Source: Escherichia phage vB_EcoP_PW8
Reading direction: 5' to 3' (one strand)
Length of the DNA stretch: 64,000 bases
Sequence record: PQ362703.1
This document shows positions 26,246-36,302 of the stretch, piece after piece. The position numbers and the translations under genes are program-made. The notes beneath the pieces are model-generated. The model was given only the letters and a program-made list of their open reading frames with translations. It did not search any database and was not told the origin of the DNA. Numbering within the stretch: position 1 is the stretch's first letter; every line of letters begins with the position of its first letter.

Positions 26246-28825
26246 ATGCGTTATATCACCTCTCAAGACACGGGTAAGTATCCTATTGCTATCCTCGGTC
26301 ATCAAATCCGAAGGGAGGAGATGATTAAAACCTACCTGCTGCCTAATGACTTAAGCATGGAAGATTTCATCTTCATTGAACTTCATTCTGCCCCTGGCAA
26401 GAAGAAGACTCCTGCAAGGGAAATTAAAGAGTTCATACAGCAGGAACTGCAACAAGTACTGGATGATGCAGAGACTCAATACATTATCTGTACTGATTCT
26501 GATTACTTCAAAATACTGACCAAAGAAGCTAAAGCAGAGGCTAATCTCGGCTACGTTTGTGATTCAGTATGGGGTAAACAGAAGGTTATCTATGCACCTA
26601 GCTACAGGCAGGTCTTTTATGACCCACCTGTAGTGAAAGCCAAGATTGCTCAGGGCATGGATGCATTACTTAACCACATTCGTGGACAGTATGCCGAACC
26701 AGGTCAGGGAATCATTGAGTTTGAGGCTTACCCGGATACTCCAGAGAAGATTAAAGCCTGGTTAGACCAATTGCTTGAGATGAATAAGCCTCTGGCTATA
26801 GACATTGAAGCATTTGGTTTAAAGCACTATAACGCCGGTATAGGAACAATTACGTTCTGTTGGAGTAAGACACAGGGCATAGCCTTTAATGTGGACTACG
26901 AGCCAATTCCTGGAGCTACAGAAGCACCTTATGGGCGTATCAACAGAAATGATGTTGTTCGAAATCTTCTGCGTGAGTTCTTCATTAAGTACACCCAACG
27001 GCAGATGTATCACAACATTAGCTATGACGTGTATGTGCTTATCTATCAGTTATTCATGGATAACCTGATTGATACAGAAGGCTTACTGTATGGCATGGAA
27101 ATCATGCTACGTAACTGGGACTGTACTAAGTTAATCACCTACCTGGCTACTAACAGTTGCGCTGGTAATCACCTTAGTCTGAAAGACCAGGCTCAGGAGT
27201 ATGCTGGTAACTATGCTCAGGATGATATTAAAGACATCCGTCTTATTCCTAATGAGCAATTGTTACGCTACAACCTCATTGACGGCTTGTGTACCTGGTA
27301 CACCTATGAGAAGCACTGGGATACTCTCATTGCTGACGACCAGCTAGATGTTTACAACAACATCTTTAAGCCAGCATGTGAAGACATCATCCAGATGCAG
27401 TTAACCGGTATGCCCATGAATATGGATACCGTTAACCAAGTAGCTAAAGAGATGGAAACTGACAGGAACCAGGCCCTGAAAACTATTCGTGAGTCCAAGC
27501 TCATGAAGAACTTCACCCTGATGCTTCGTCAGGAATGGGTAGACGATAAGAATGCTAAGCTCAAGAAGAAGCAAGTAACACTTGCTGACTGTGACATAGA
27601 GTTTAATCCTAACTCAGGTCCACAATTACAAAAGCTGTTATTTGATTATATTGGCTTACCGGTTCTTGGTCTTACTAAGAACAAGCAACCTGCTACTGAT
27701 GGTGACACCATTAAAGCACTGCGAACACATACGCAGAGTGAAGATGTTAAGGAACTGCTCAATGCACTTATCGACTATAAGCTCGTGGATAAGATTATCA
27801 CTAGCTTCATCCCGGCTTTCAGGAATGCACAACCAGGACCGGATGGCTGGCACTATCTATTCGGCAACCTCAATCTGGGGGGAACGGTTTCTGGTAGATT
27901 ATCTGCCTCCGAGCCAAACCTGCAAACCATACCGTCTGGCTCCAAATATGCCAAGAAGATTAAAAAATGCTTCGAAGCCCCACCAGGTTGGATCTTTTGT
28001 GGACTGGACTTTGCGAGCCTTGAAGACCGTATCTCAGCTTTAACTACTAAAGACCCACAGAAGCTTAAGGTATATACCGATGGCTATGATGGACACAGTC
28101 TACGTGCATATGCTTACTTTGGTGAGCAGATGCCAGACATAGAGGACACAGTAGAATCCATTAACTCCATTCAGCACAAATACAAATCATTACGTAGTGA
28201 CTCGAAGGCTCCAACCTTCCTGCTTACCTATGGTGGTACGTATATGGGCTTAATGAAAAACTGTGGCTTCTCAGAAGAGAAAGCTAAAACAACAGAGAAA
28301 CGTTATCACGATCTCTATGTAGTTAGTGATATGTGGGTTCAGGCTAAGCTAGATGAAGCTGCCAAAACTGGTTATGTTACTGCCGCATTCGGTTTGAGAG
28401 TGCGTACTCCTTTACTGGCTCAGGTTTTACGTGGGACATGTAAGACTCCGTATGAAGCAGAAGCAGAAGGCAGAACTGCTGGTAATGCTTTAGGGCAAAG
28501 CTGGTGTCTACTGAATAACCGTGCTGGTTCAGAATTTATGCGTAAAGTCAGAGCCAGTGAGTTCAGGTTAGATATACGTCCTAGTATTCATATCCATGAT
28601 GCTCAGTACTTCATGATTCGTGACAACATGGATACCTTGCAGTTCACAAACAAGCACTTGGTTGAAGCCGTTAACTGGCAAGACCATCCTGATATTGCTC
28701 ATTCAGAGGTTGGCTTGGGTGGGGAACTATCCTTGTTTTACCCAACGTGGGCTAACGAGATTGAAATTCCAAATCACGCTACCCCAGAAGAAGTTCATCA
28801 AATAATTCAAAAGGCATTCTCATGA
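26246..28825 (+). CDS. family A DNA polymerase with 3'-5' exonuclease domain
   Basis: Exo I LAIDIEAFGL; Pol A motif A LDFASLEDRI; motif B ...KAPTFLLTYGGTYMGL; motif C IHIHDAQ. Confidence 0.8.
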   Translation: MRYITSQDTGKYPIAILGHQIRREEMIKTYLLPNDLSMEDFIFIELHSAPGKKKTPAREIKEFIQQELQQVLDDAETQYIICTDSDYFKILTKEAKAEANLGYVCDSVWGKQKVIYAPSYRQVFYDPPVVKAKIAQGMDALLNHIRGQYAEPGQGIIEFEAYPDTPEKIKAWLDQLLEMNKPLAIDIEAFGLKHYNAGIGTITFCWSKTQGIAFNVDYEPIPGATEAPYGRINRNDVVRNLLREFFIKYTQRQMYHNISYDVYVLIYQLFMDNLIDTEGLLYGMEIMLRNWDCTKLITYLATNSCAGNHLSLKDQAQEYAGNYAQDDIKDIRLIPNEQLLRYNLIDGLCTWYTYEKHWDTLIADDQLDVYNNIFKPACEDIIQMQLTGMPMNMDTVNQVAKEMETDRNQALKTIRESKLMKNFTLMLRQEWVDDKNAKLKKKQVTLADCDIEFNPNSGPQLQKLLFDYIGLPVLGLTKNKQPATDGDTIKALRTHTQSEDVKELLNALIDYKLVDKIITSFIPAFRNAQPGPDGWHYLFGNLNLGGTVSGRLSASEPNLQTIPSGSKYAKKIKKCFEAPPGWIFCGLDFASLEDRISALTTKDPQKLKVYTDGYDGHSLRAYAYFGEQMPDIEDTVESINSIQHKYKSLRSDSKAPTFLLTYGGTYMGLMKNCGFSEEKAKTTEKRYHDLYVVSDMWVQAKLDEAAKTGYVTAAFGLRVRTPLLAQVLRGTCKTPYEAEAEGRTAGNALGQSWCLLNNRAGSEFMRKVRASEFRLDIRPSIHIHDAQYFMIRDNMDTLQFTNKHLVEAVNWQDHPDIAHSEVGLGGELSLFYPTWANEIEIPNHATPEEVHQIIQKAFS

Positions 28826-29127
28826 CCAAAAGTACTAAAGAAACTGTAGTCAGAAAATATCATTGGATGGTAGCAGCACAAGTAGTATTCCAGCTTCCTA
28901 AAGTGGACGATGGTTCCCTGCTTACCATGAACACAATGCTGCTCACTGACGAACCTTATGTGACTTATAAAGATTTGGCCCGTGCTAATCATTCCCTGAA
29001 GATTAGTCTGGACCAGCGTTTTGATACCTCGGTTGACCTGAAAGACATTGTTTATCTGTCCCTTAGCAACCTGGGTCTGATGTCCGAACCAGAGTTCCAG
29101 GCAAACATGATTCCTAAGGATAAATAA
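28822..29127 (+). CDS. hypothetical protein
   Basis: 101-aa ORF, ATGA-coupled to polymerase. Confidence 0.5.
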   Translation: MTKSTKETVVRKYHWMVAAQVVFQLPKVDDGSLLTMNTMLLTDEPYVTYKDLARANHSLKISLDQRFDTSVDLKDIVYLSLSNLGLMSEPEFQANMIPKDK

Positions 29128-29603
29128 TGGCTAAGCTCTCCGGTGGATTAAATAACTGGTATGTAGTGCCAGTTAAGCACCCTCAACGGAAAGAGCAAGA
29201 GCCATACCAAGCAGAGTGTGAGGATATTATCCAAGCACTGGGCATGACCTTCGATGAAGGTTGTGCCTTTAAAGCTCTATGGCGAAATGCTGCTGCCCGT
29301 ATGGGTAATGGTAAACCTGGTAATACTGCTGTTTACGATGCAGAGAAGCTGGTTCATTATGCTAATCGTATTCTTGCTAAGGAGAAGTTAGCTAGTGAGT
29401 TATTTCCGGATCCTGCTACGAATGTAAATACCGTTGGTAGTTATTGGCATCATACAAACAATGGTAAACCTCACTTCACTAAAGAATTTTCATTCATTGA
29501 GATTGTTTATAAAGATGAACGAGATGAAATTTACTCGTATAACTTCAATCAGCTAAGTGAAATTAAGTGGAACCGGGTTCACAGATACAGGATTACTTAC
29601 TAA
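29127..29603 (+). CDS. hypothetical protein
   Basis: 158-aa ORF. Confidence 0.5.
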   Translation: MAKLSGGLNNWYVVPVKHPQRKEQEPYQAECEDIIQALGMTFDEGCAFKALWRNAAARMGNGKPGNTAVYDAEKLVHYANRILAKEKLASELFPDPATNVNTVGSYWHHTNNGKPHFTKEFSFIEIVYKDERDEIYSYNFNQLSEIKWNRVHRYRITY

Positions 29604-29668
29604 TGAAGATAACCAACAATCATGATGTCTCACTGGCCCTGGCTGTATGGCTATTACATGATGAGTAA
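29603..29668 (+). pseudogene. 21-codon remnant duplicating the 5' end of the downstream nuclease gene
   Basis: Encodes MKITNNHDVSLALAVWLLHDE*, matching the N-terminus MKLTNKHDVSLALAVWLVTDD of ORF 30169 with many synonymous differences. Confidence 0.4.
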
Positions 29669-29674
29669 CTAATT

Positions 29675-30172
29675 ATGAAACAGAGGATTGCCCATGACAG
29701 GCTTTTACAGCTTGTTAGTTATGACCCTATTTCCGGAATTTTTACTCGTAGGAATACTGGGAAGGTATCCGGTTACCTAATGAAGAGTGGCTACACTCAG
29801 CTCCGTGTGGATAGCGTGTTGTACTATGGGCATATCCTTGCATGGTTCTATGTGCATGGCGTATGGCCTACGGATAGGATTGACCATAAGGACAATATAC
29901 GCCATCACAACTGGATAGATAACCTCAGAGAAGCGACCCACAAGCAGAATAACCAGAGTGCTGTTTTATCTAAAACAAACACATCTGGATTTAAGGGGGT
30001 ATCCTTTTCAAAGAATTTAGGTAAATACAGAGCAACTATTTGGGTTAACAGCAAACCAATTACATTAGGTTTCACAGATGACCCAAGAGAAGCTGCTGTT
30101 CTCTATGATGAAGCTGCTATAACTCATTATGGTGAGTTTGCTAAAACTAATAAGCAATTGGGACTGTTATGA
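29675..30172 (+). CDS. free-standing HNH homing endonuclease with AP2-like domain
   Basis: HILAW...IDHKDNIRHHNWIDNLREATHKQN and C-terminal AP2-like block; paralog of ORF 7911. Confidence 0.75.
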   Translation: MKQRIAHDRLLQLVSYDPISGIFTRRNTGKVSGYLMKSGYTQLRVDSVLYYGHILAWFYVHGVWPTDRIDHKDNIRHHNWIDNLREATHKQNNQSAVLSKTNTSGFKGVSFSKNLGKYRATIWVNSKPITLGFTDDPREAAVLYDEAAITHYGEFAKTNKQLGLL

Positions 30173-31149
30173 AACTTACCAACAAACACGACGTTAGTCT
30201 TGCACTAGCGGTATGGCTTGTAACGGATGATTATGATTACGTAGATAACCCCAAATATCTATCCGTTACTACACTGCTTAAACCCATTAAGCAAATCGTC
30301 ATGAAGCATCGTGTAGATTTAAGTGACCAGTCAATTGATGTTATGGATTTCGTCTCCACATCAATGGGTACTGGTTTACATGATTCTATCGAGAAAGCCT
30401 GGAAGCTGGGTCATAAGACTGCATTGAAGAAGCTAGGTTATCCTCAGCGTGTAATTGATGCAGTAGTCATTAACCCAACCAAGGAAGACTTTGATGCTAA
30501 CCCTGACCTTATCCCAATCTACATTGAACAACGTGGAACCAAGGTAGTTAAGGGTTGGACTATCGGTGGTAAGTTCGACATCGTAACAGAAGGTCTGCTG
30601 CAAGATTTTAAGTCTACCTCAACCTATTCCTGGGTTGCTGGTTCCCGTGATGATGAACACAAGATGCAAGGTAGCTTGTACCGTTGGATTCACAACGACA
30701 TCATTACCGAGGATGTAATTCGCATTAACTACATCTTCACTGACTTCATGAAGCACATGGCTAATAGCAATCCGAACTATCCTGCTAATCGTATTATGCA
30801 CAAGGATATTCCGTTGCTATCTGTCGAGAAGACTGAACGTTGGGTAGAAGAGAAGATTCACCTCATTGAGAAGTACTGGAATACACCTGAAGAGGAAATT
30901 CCTGAGTGTACTGACGAGGAGTTGTGGCGAACAGAACCACAGTTCAAGTACTTCTCTGATGCTTCTAAGGTAGATGTACCTGGAGCCAGAAGTACCAAAA
31001 ACTTTGACGATATGGCATCTGCTCGTATCTTCATGGCTGAAAAAGGTGGCAAGGGTGCTATCAAGGTCGTGGAGGGGCAGGTTAAGCGTTGTCTGTACTG
31101 CCCTGTCGCATCCATTTGCAAACAAAGAGAGAGATATTTTCCATCATGA
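30169..31149 (+). CDS. PD-(D/E)xK-family exonuclease, Cas4/RecB-like with C-terminal Cys cluster
   Basis: C-terminal CLYCPVASIC cysteine cluster typical of Cas4-like Fe-S nucleases; phage exonuclease context. Confidence 0.5.
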   Translation: MKLTNKHDVSLALAVWLVTDDYDYVDNPKYLSVTTLLKPIKQIVMKHRVDLSDQSIDVMDFVSTSMGTGLHDSIEKAWKLGHKTALKKLGYPQRVIDAVVINPTKEDFDANPDLIPIYIEQRGTKVVKGWTIGGKFDIVTEGLLQDFKSTSTYSWVAGSRDDEHKMQGSLYRWIHNDIITEDVIRINYIFTDFMKHMANSNPNYPANRIMHKDIPLLSVEKTERWVEEKIHLIEKYWNTPEEEIPECTDEELWRTEPQFKYFSDASKVDVPGARSTKNFDDMASARIFMAEKGGKGAIKVVEGQVKRCLYCPVASICKQRERYFPS

Positions 31150-33299
31150 GTATTGACCTGACCGGAGTCACTCACCACGCTGCAATTGAAGAAATTGTAG
31201 ACGTGCTGTGTAACAAGACACAAAACAACGACAGAGGATTCTTCCGTGTCGAAGTAGCCTACTTCCTGGCTAAAATGGCATCCTGCATGGGTGCAACCAT
31301 TGTCACTAAAGACCGTGGTGACTTACCAGTCAACATTTACGCTATGGCATTAGCAACGTCTGGCTTCGGTAAAGGTCACTCGGTAAATATTATTGAAGAC
31401 GGGTTCATGACTGGCTTCCGTAAACGCTTTATGGAAGACACCATGCCCGTCATTGCAAATGACCGTTTATGGAAGATTGCTAACGAACGTGCTGCTCGTC
31501 AGGGTACAGACCAGAATGATGAGTTTGATAAAGTTGAAGCAGAGTATAAACGTGCTGGGGCATACCCGTTTACGTTTGACTCAGGTACTCCACCAGCAGT
31601 TAAACAACTACGTCATAAACTGTTAATGGCTGGGTGTGGTTCAATCAACCTTCAGATTGATGAAATTGGTTCAAACCTGCTGGCTAACACAGACGTACTA
31701 ACCTTATTCCTGGAGCTATATGACCAGGGTAAGGTTAAGCAGAAGCTAACCAAGAACACTGCTGAAAGCGTTCGTGGTGAAGAACTGGATGGTAAGACTC
31801 CAGCTAACCTATTGCTGTTCGGTACACCAAGTAAGCTACTGGATGGGGGTCAGACTGAAGACCAGTTCTATGACTTCCTTGATACGGGGTATGCACGTCG
31901 TTGTCTATTTGCCATTGGGCATTTAGACAAACGAGCACATGCAACAATGTCTCCTGAAGAAATCTACCGTAACCTCATTAAGCAGGATAACGTTCAGTCT
32001 CTAGGTAAGTGGGCTAACCACTTTCATAGTTTGGCTGACCCAAACCTGTTCGGTTTTAAGATGGTTGTGGAAGATGCAGTGGGAATTGCTTTGATTACTT
32101 ACAAAATTGATTGTGAGAAGAAAGCAGAAGCTATGGCTGACCACGAAGAGATTCGTAAAGCTGAAATGTCTCACCGTTACTTCAAAGCTCTTAAACTGGC
32201 AGGTGCATTGGCGTTTGTTGACCAGAGTTCCTTCATTGAGATGTCTCATCTTAAACAAGCAATTCTGCTTGTAGAGGAATCTGGGGCAGCATTCCAGGGT
32301 ATTCTCAATCGTGAGAAAGCCTATGTGAAGCTGGCTAAGTACATTGCTTCTGTAGGTAAAGAAGTGACTCATGCTGATTTACTTGAGTCATTACCGTTCT
32401 ATAAGAGTGGCAATGCAGCTCGTAATGAGATGATGACCCTTGCTACAGCATGGGGCTACAAACAGCACATCATCATTAAGAAAACCTTCAACGAAGGCAT
32501 TGAATTTTTCCGTGGGGAAACTCTGAAAGAAACTGACATCAATGAGATCATAGTGGCATATAGTGATAGCTTTGCCTATGACTACATTGGTGAACGTGTA
32601 CCGTTCGACCAGTTGCATGTATTAACCCAAGCTCCTGGTATGCACTGGGTAAACCATCACATGAAGAATGGGCATCGTTCTGAAGAGAACGTTATTCCAG
32701 GATTTAACATGATTGTTATTGACTGTGATGGTGGAGTACCACTGCATACGTGCCATGAACTGATGAAGGAATATAAGTTCATGACCTATACCACTAAACG
32801 TCATTCCGATGAAGAGAACCGATTCCGACTGATTATTCCAATGAACTATGAGTTACACCTAGACACCGAGGAATACAAAGAGTTCATGAATAACGTTATG
32901 TCTTGGCTACCGTTCGAAACGGATGAATCTGCTAACCAACGAGCCAAGAAATGGATGTCCTGTGAGACTGGTTCTTATCATTACAATCTTGAAGCAAATC
33001 TGTTAGACGTGCGTGACTTTATTCCTCGTACTAGTAAGAACGAGCAGTTCCAGAACCAGATGAAGGAAGTACAGTCGTTGGATAGTCTGGAGCGTTGGTT
33101 CGCTAGTCGTATTGCTACCGGTAATCGTAATAATCAAATGATTAAGTACGCACTGGCATTGGTTGACAGTGGTTGGGATTTTGCCCAAGTACAGCAAGCC
33201 GTACACTCATTCAATAAGAAACTGGCTAATCCATTGCCAGATGATGAATTGAATGCAACCGTAATGGTCACCGTGGCTAAACGCTTCGCTGGCAAGTAA
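31146..33299 (+). CDS. putative DNA primase (primase-polymerase-like C-terminal region)
   Basis: Track ORF 31089 trimmed to ATG Met20 (ATGA overlap); N-terminal P-loop-like TSGFGKGHS; acidic block NMIVIDCDGG; sits between nuclease and recombination genes. Confidence 0.45.
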   Translation: MSIDLTGVTHHAAIEEIVDVLCNKTQNNDRGFFRVEVAYFLAKMASCMGATIVTKDRGDLPVNIYAMALATSGFGKGHSVNIIEDGFMTGFRKRFMEDTMPVIANDRLWKIANERAARQGTDQNDEFDKVEAEYKRAGAYPFTFDSGTPPAVKQLRHKLLMAGCGSINLQIDEIGSNLLANTDVLTLFLELYDQGKVKQKLTKNTAESVRGEELDGKTPANLLLFGTPSKLLDGGQTEDQFYDFLDTGYARRCLFAIGHLDKRAHATMSPEEIYRNLIKQDNVQSLGKWANHFHSLADPNLFGFKMVVEDAVGIALITYKIDCEKKAEAMADHEEIRKAEMSHRYFKALKLAGALAFVDQSSFIEMSHLKQAILLVEESGAAFQGILNREKAYVKLAKYIASVGKEVTHADLLESLPFYKSGNAARNEMMTLATAWGYKQHIIIKKTFNEGIEFFRGETLKETDINEIIVAYSDSFAYDYIGERVPFDQLHVLTQAPGMHWVNHHMKNGHRSEENVIPGFNMIVIDCDGGVPLHTCHELMKEYKFMTYTTKRHSDEENRFRLIIPMNYELHLDTEEYKEFMNNVMSWLPFETDESANQRAKKWMSCETGSYHYNLEANLLDVRDFIPRTSKNEQFQNQMKEVQSLDSLERWFASRIATGNRNNQMIKYALALVDSGWDFAQVQQAVHSFNKKLANPLPDDELNATVMVTVAKRFAGK

Positions 33300-33355
33300 G
33301 CAAACAGGAGTCTTTCTTTGGTTTGAAGGACTCCTAAATTAAATGAGGAAAAATA

Positions 33356-33691
33356 ATGACCGAAGTAATTCCCAATGATATGAACACTCAGCTAATCCTG
33401 ATTGCAGGATTCTCAGCGAGTGGTAAATCAGCATCACTGCGTAACATCCGGAACCAGGAACGCTGGCTCTATCTGAATACTGAAGCAGGTAAACGTCTGC
33501 CTTTCCGTAACAAATTCAATACCTACAACATTGAAGACCCATACCAGATTTGGGAAGCATTTGATGTTGCATCTCCTGGTGGAGAAATGGCAGATGATGT
33601 TGATGGTATCATTATTGACTCAGCAACCTTTATGATGGACATGCTGGAATCTCAGTATGTATTACCCTCTGCAAACACGCAAAAGGCTTAA
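33356..33691 (+). CDS. Sak4-like (AAA_24-type) ATPase, exon 1; ORF stop lies inside a putative intron
   Basis: Walker A GFSASGKS and Walker B GIIIDSATF; reading frame resumes after the HEG in ORF 34461. Confidence 0.5.
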   Translation: MTEVIPNDMNTQLILIAGFSASGKSASLRNIRNQERWLYLNTEAGKRLPFRNKFNTYNIEDPYQIWEAFDVASPGGEMADDVDGIIIDSATFMMDMLESQYVLPSANTQKA

Positions 33692-34488
33692 CTACTAAGG
33701 CCCGTTAGTCAGTAATGATTAACGATAACTGATTGAATTCAGGGAAACCCCTAACGTAAAGACGAGGGCAATCCTGAGCCAAGACTTAATCTTTCTCCGG
33801 TTTTTATTAACGGAGTTACAAACATGAGTAAGAAAAGATTCGGTAATGAATTACATCCTCTGTATTACACATGGTTAACCATTAAACAGAGATGCGATAA
33901 CCCTAAGCACGCTAGTTACAAAAACTATGGGGCTAGGGGGATAACTAGAGCAGAAGAGTTCTCTGACTTCAAAGTGTTTGCTGCCTATCTAGAATCATTA
34001 GATGGTTACGCAGACAGGGAGAGACTGGGTCTTACTTTAGATAGAATAGATGGTTCACTTGGCTATGTGCCAGGAAATCTGAGATGGGCAACTAGAACAA
34101 CTCAGGCCATTAATTCCAGAAAAAGAAGAACCAGTAAAGCTACCTACTTAGGTATAGGTTTAAACACCACTAAGAAAAAATGGTCAGCAAGAATCTGCAA
34201 TGGTAATGAAAGAATCTTTGTAGGTAATTTTGATTCCGAGATTGAAGCTCTGGAAGCTAGAAATGCCTACATTATTGAGCATGGATTACCTCATGCCATT
34301 CAAAAGATTAAGTAAGGTGCAACGACTATCCAGTAATGGAGTAGGGCAGAAGCTAATGCTGCTCGAAGCGGTCAGCATCCTATCGTAATTAACGAGGATG
34401 AAGATATAGTCTGGACTGCATGGAAACATGCAGATGCAGGTAATGCTGCTGGGAGTGTAGTTGCGTACGCTCTTGAACGTATCGTGGG
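33690..34488 (+). mobile_element. putative group I intron carrying a homing-endonuclease-like ORF (boundaries approximate)
   Basis: Begins CTT|AACTACTAAGGCC; shares blocks AACGACTATC, GGAGTAGGG, GATATAGTCTGG and 3' end ...ATCGTG with the intron at 11869. Confidence 0.5.
33824..34315 (+). CDS. intron-encoded homing-endonuclease-like protein (degenerate HNH_3 plus AP2-like domain)
   Basis: RIDGSLGYVPGNLRWATRTTQ resembles HNH_3 core; C-terminal AP2-like block YLGIGLNTTKKKWSARI...FDSEIEALEARNAYI. Confidence 0.55.
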   Translation: MSKKRFGNELHPLYYTWLTIKQRCDNPKHASYKNYGARGITRAEEFSDFKVFAAYLESLDGYADRERLGLTLDRIDGSLGYVPGNLRWATRTTQAINSRKRRTSKATYLGIGLNTTKKKWSARICNGNERIFVGNFDSEIEALEARNAYIIEHGLPHAIQKIK

Positions 34489-34904
34489 GGGATTTTGCAC
34501 AGTTCTTTAAGATACTGCTGCAACAGAAAGTCGTTAAGTTTGGTAAGCCAGTAATCATTACTGCTCATGCTAAAGACGAACTGGATGAAGCTGCTGGTGT
34601 GATGAAAACATTCATCCCAGTGAAAGGTTCCCTTAAGAATAACGGACTTGAAGCCTACTTCTCTACAGTGGTTTACGCAGAACGTGTAGACATCAAAGAA
34701 CTGGAGAAGTACGGAAACAAGATGTTAGAAATTACGGAAGAAGAACGTGACTTAGGATATAAGCACGTATTCCAGACCCGTCCAACCAAGAAGTCTGTTG
34801 GTAAACGACTTCGTTCCCCTATGGGTATGTTCGATAAGTCCGAGACTTACATTGATAACGATGCCCAGAAACTATTAGACCATCTGGCTGAATACTACGC
34901 TTAA
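34461..34904 (+). CDS. Sak4-like ATPase, exon 2 (true exon start about 34485-34491)
   Basis: C-terminal half of a ~245-aa AAA_24-like protein; the track's TTG start is probably an artefact of the intron. Confidence 0.5.
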   Translation: MRTLLNVSWGDFAQFFKILLQQKVVKFGKPVIITAHAKDELDEAAGVMKTFIPVKGSLKNNGLEAYFSTVVYAERVDIKELEKYGNKMLEITEEERDLGYKHVFQTRPTKKSVGKRLRSPMGMFDKSETYIDNDAQKLLDHLAEYYA

Positions 34905-34943
34905 GCGTTTGCCTGGTTGTTAATCACTTATTAGGAAAATCAT

Positions 34944-35747
34944 ATGTCATTGTTCAGTAATCTGAAAGAAAAAACCAAAAACGTTGAAGCTGTAAAAGAC
35001 TCCCTGGGTGGTGGTGGCTTCGGTGTAAAAGAGTCCGATATCTACACTGGTACTGTAAAAGTAGCTTACGTAGGTAAAGCTGATTCTGGTGCAGACTGGA
35101 TGCAGTTAATCATTGAAGACCTGAAAAACTCTGATGGAGTACCTGCCGGTGAGTTCCGTGCTCAGGTGTACTTCACTTCTGGTAATGCTAAAGGCAATAA
35201 GCCGACTTATGAGAAGAACGGTAAAGAATACTTCTTGCCTGGTTACACTGTCATTAACGACATGATGCTGATGGCTACTGGTACTGAGCTGCCTGAAGCT
35301 GACTTCGAAGAGAAGATTGTCAAAGTCTATGACTTCGATGCTAAAGCAGAAGTTAATAAGTCTGTCATGGTTCCGGTTGACCTGGTAGGCCAGACTGTTA
35401 CCTTCGCTCTGGAAAAGGTTCTGGAATCCAAGCAGGTTAAAGGTGACAACGGTTACGTTGATTCCGGGGAAACTCGTGAAGTAAACGAGATTCAGAAAGT
35501 GTTTCACTCGGAACTGCTGGTCACAGTCGTCGAGGCTCAGGAAGCAGAGAAGGCTGAGAAAGAACTGACCCCAGAACTGGCTGTATTCTATGCAGCATGG
35601 CTGGAAAAGAACAAAGGCAAGACTCGTGACAAGACCAAGGGTTCTGCTGGTGGTAATGGTAAAGGTGGCTTGCCTCCTAAGCCTGGTGCAGGTACAGGTA
35701 CAGGTACTACTCCTGCTGGTGGTAAATCACTGTTCGGTAAACGCTAA
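34944..35747 (+). CDS. single-stranded DNA-binding protein (N4 gp45-like), Gly-rich C-terminal tail
   Basis: 267 aa (N4 SSB is about 265 aa); position at end of replication module; assignment by size and synteny. Confidence 0.45.
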   Translation: MSLFSNLKEKTKNVEAVKDSLGGGGFGVKESDIYTGTVKVAYVGKADSGADWMQLIIEDLKNSDGVPAGEFRAQVYFTSGNAKGNKPTYEKNGKEYFLPGYTVINDMMLMATGTELPEADFEEKIVKVYDFDAKAEVNKSVMVPVDLVGQTVTFALEKVLESKQVKGDNGYVDSGETREVNEIQKVFHSELLVTVVEAQEAEKAEKELTPELAVFYAAWLEKNKGKTRDKTKGSAGGNGKGGLPPKPGAGTGTGTTPAGGKSLFGKR

Positions 35748-36301
35748 TGAAAATCCCAATTGTCGGTGCAGACATTAGTCTCCGCAATTGGGGTTTAGCT
35801 CGTGGGATGCTGGACATTGAGTCCGGCGTCTTCGAGCAGGTCGAACTTAAACTGGTTCAAACTGAAGTTGACCACAACAAACAAGTTCGAACCAACTCCA
35901 AAGATATACAAGCCGCTCACGATTTGTTTCTTGGTTGTGAGGAATGGTTACGGTCTGCTAAAGCAGTATTCGTAGAAGTACCAGTAGGCTCTCAGTCTGC
36001 TAACGGTATGAAATCCTATGGAGTATGCGTAGGATTAATTGGTGCATTTCGTGCATTGGGTTGTCCAATCTTTGAAGTATCCCCAATTGAAAACAAACTT
36101 GCACTGGTCGGTGATAAAACTGCATCAAAAGACACGATGATTCGTGCTGCTCATGCCATCTATCCTGAAGCCAACTGGCTCACTGATAAGAAGGGCAAAC
36201 TTCTAAATAAGAATGAGCACTTAGCAGATGCAATCGGTGCAATCCACGCTGGTGTAAATCTCCCAGCTTTCCAAAACCTCATTAAGTTATTAAAGGCGTA
36301 A
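35747..36301 (+). CDS. RuvC-like Holliday junction resolvase
   Basis: N-terminal IVGADISLRNWGLA resembles RuvC IxGIDPG; C-terminal ADAIGAIHAG resembles the RuvC acidic/His region. Confidence 0.55.
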   Translation: MKIPIVGADISLRNWGLARGMLDIESGVFEQVELKLVQTEVDHNKQVRTNSKDIQAAHDLFLGCEEWLRSAKAVFVEVPVGSQSANGMKSYGVCVGLIGAFRALGCPIFEVSPIENKLALVGDKTASKDTMIRAAHAIYPEANWLTDKKGKLLNKNEHLADAIGAIHAGVNLPAFQNLIKLLKA

Positions 36302-36302
36302 T

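Noticed and set aside
13092-33206. Minus- or alternative-frame ORFs within early/middle genes (e.g. 18891..19178, 22763..23218, 30858..31223, 32001..32372, 35106..35507)
   Set aside because: Embedded in longer plus-strand genes with recognisable motifs; no independent signals
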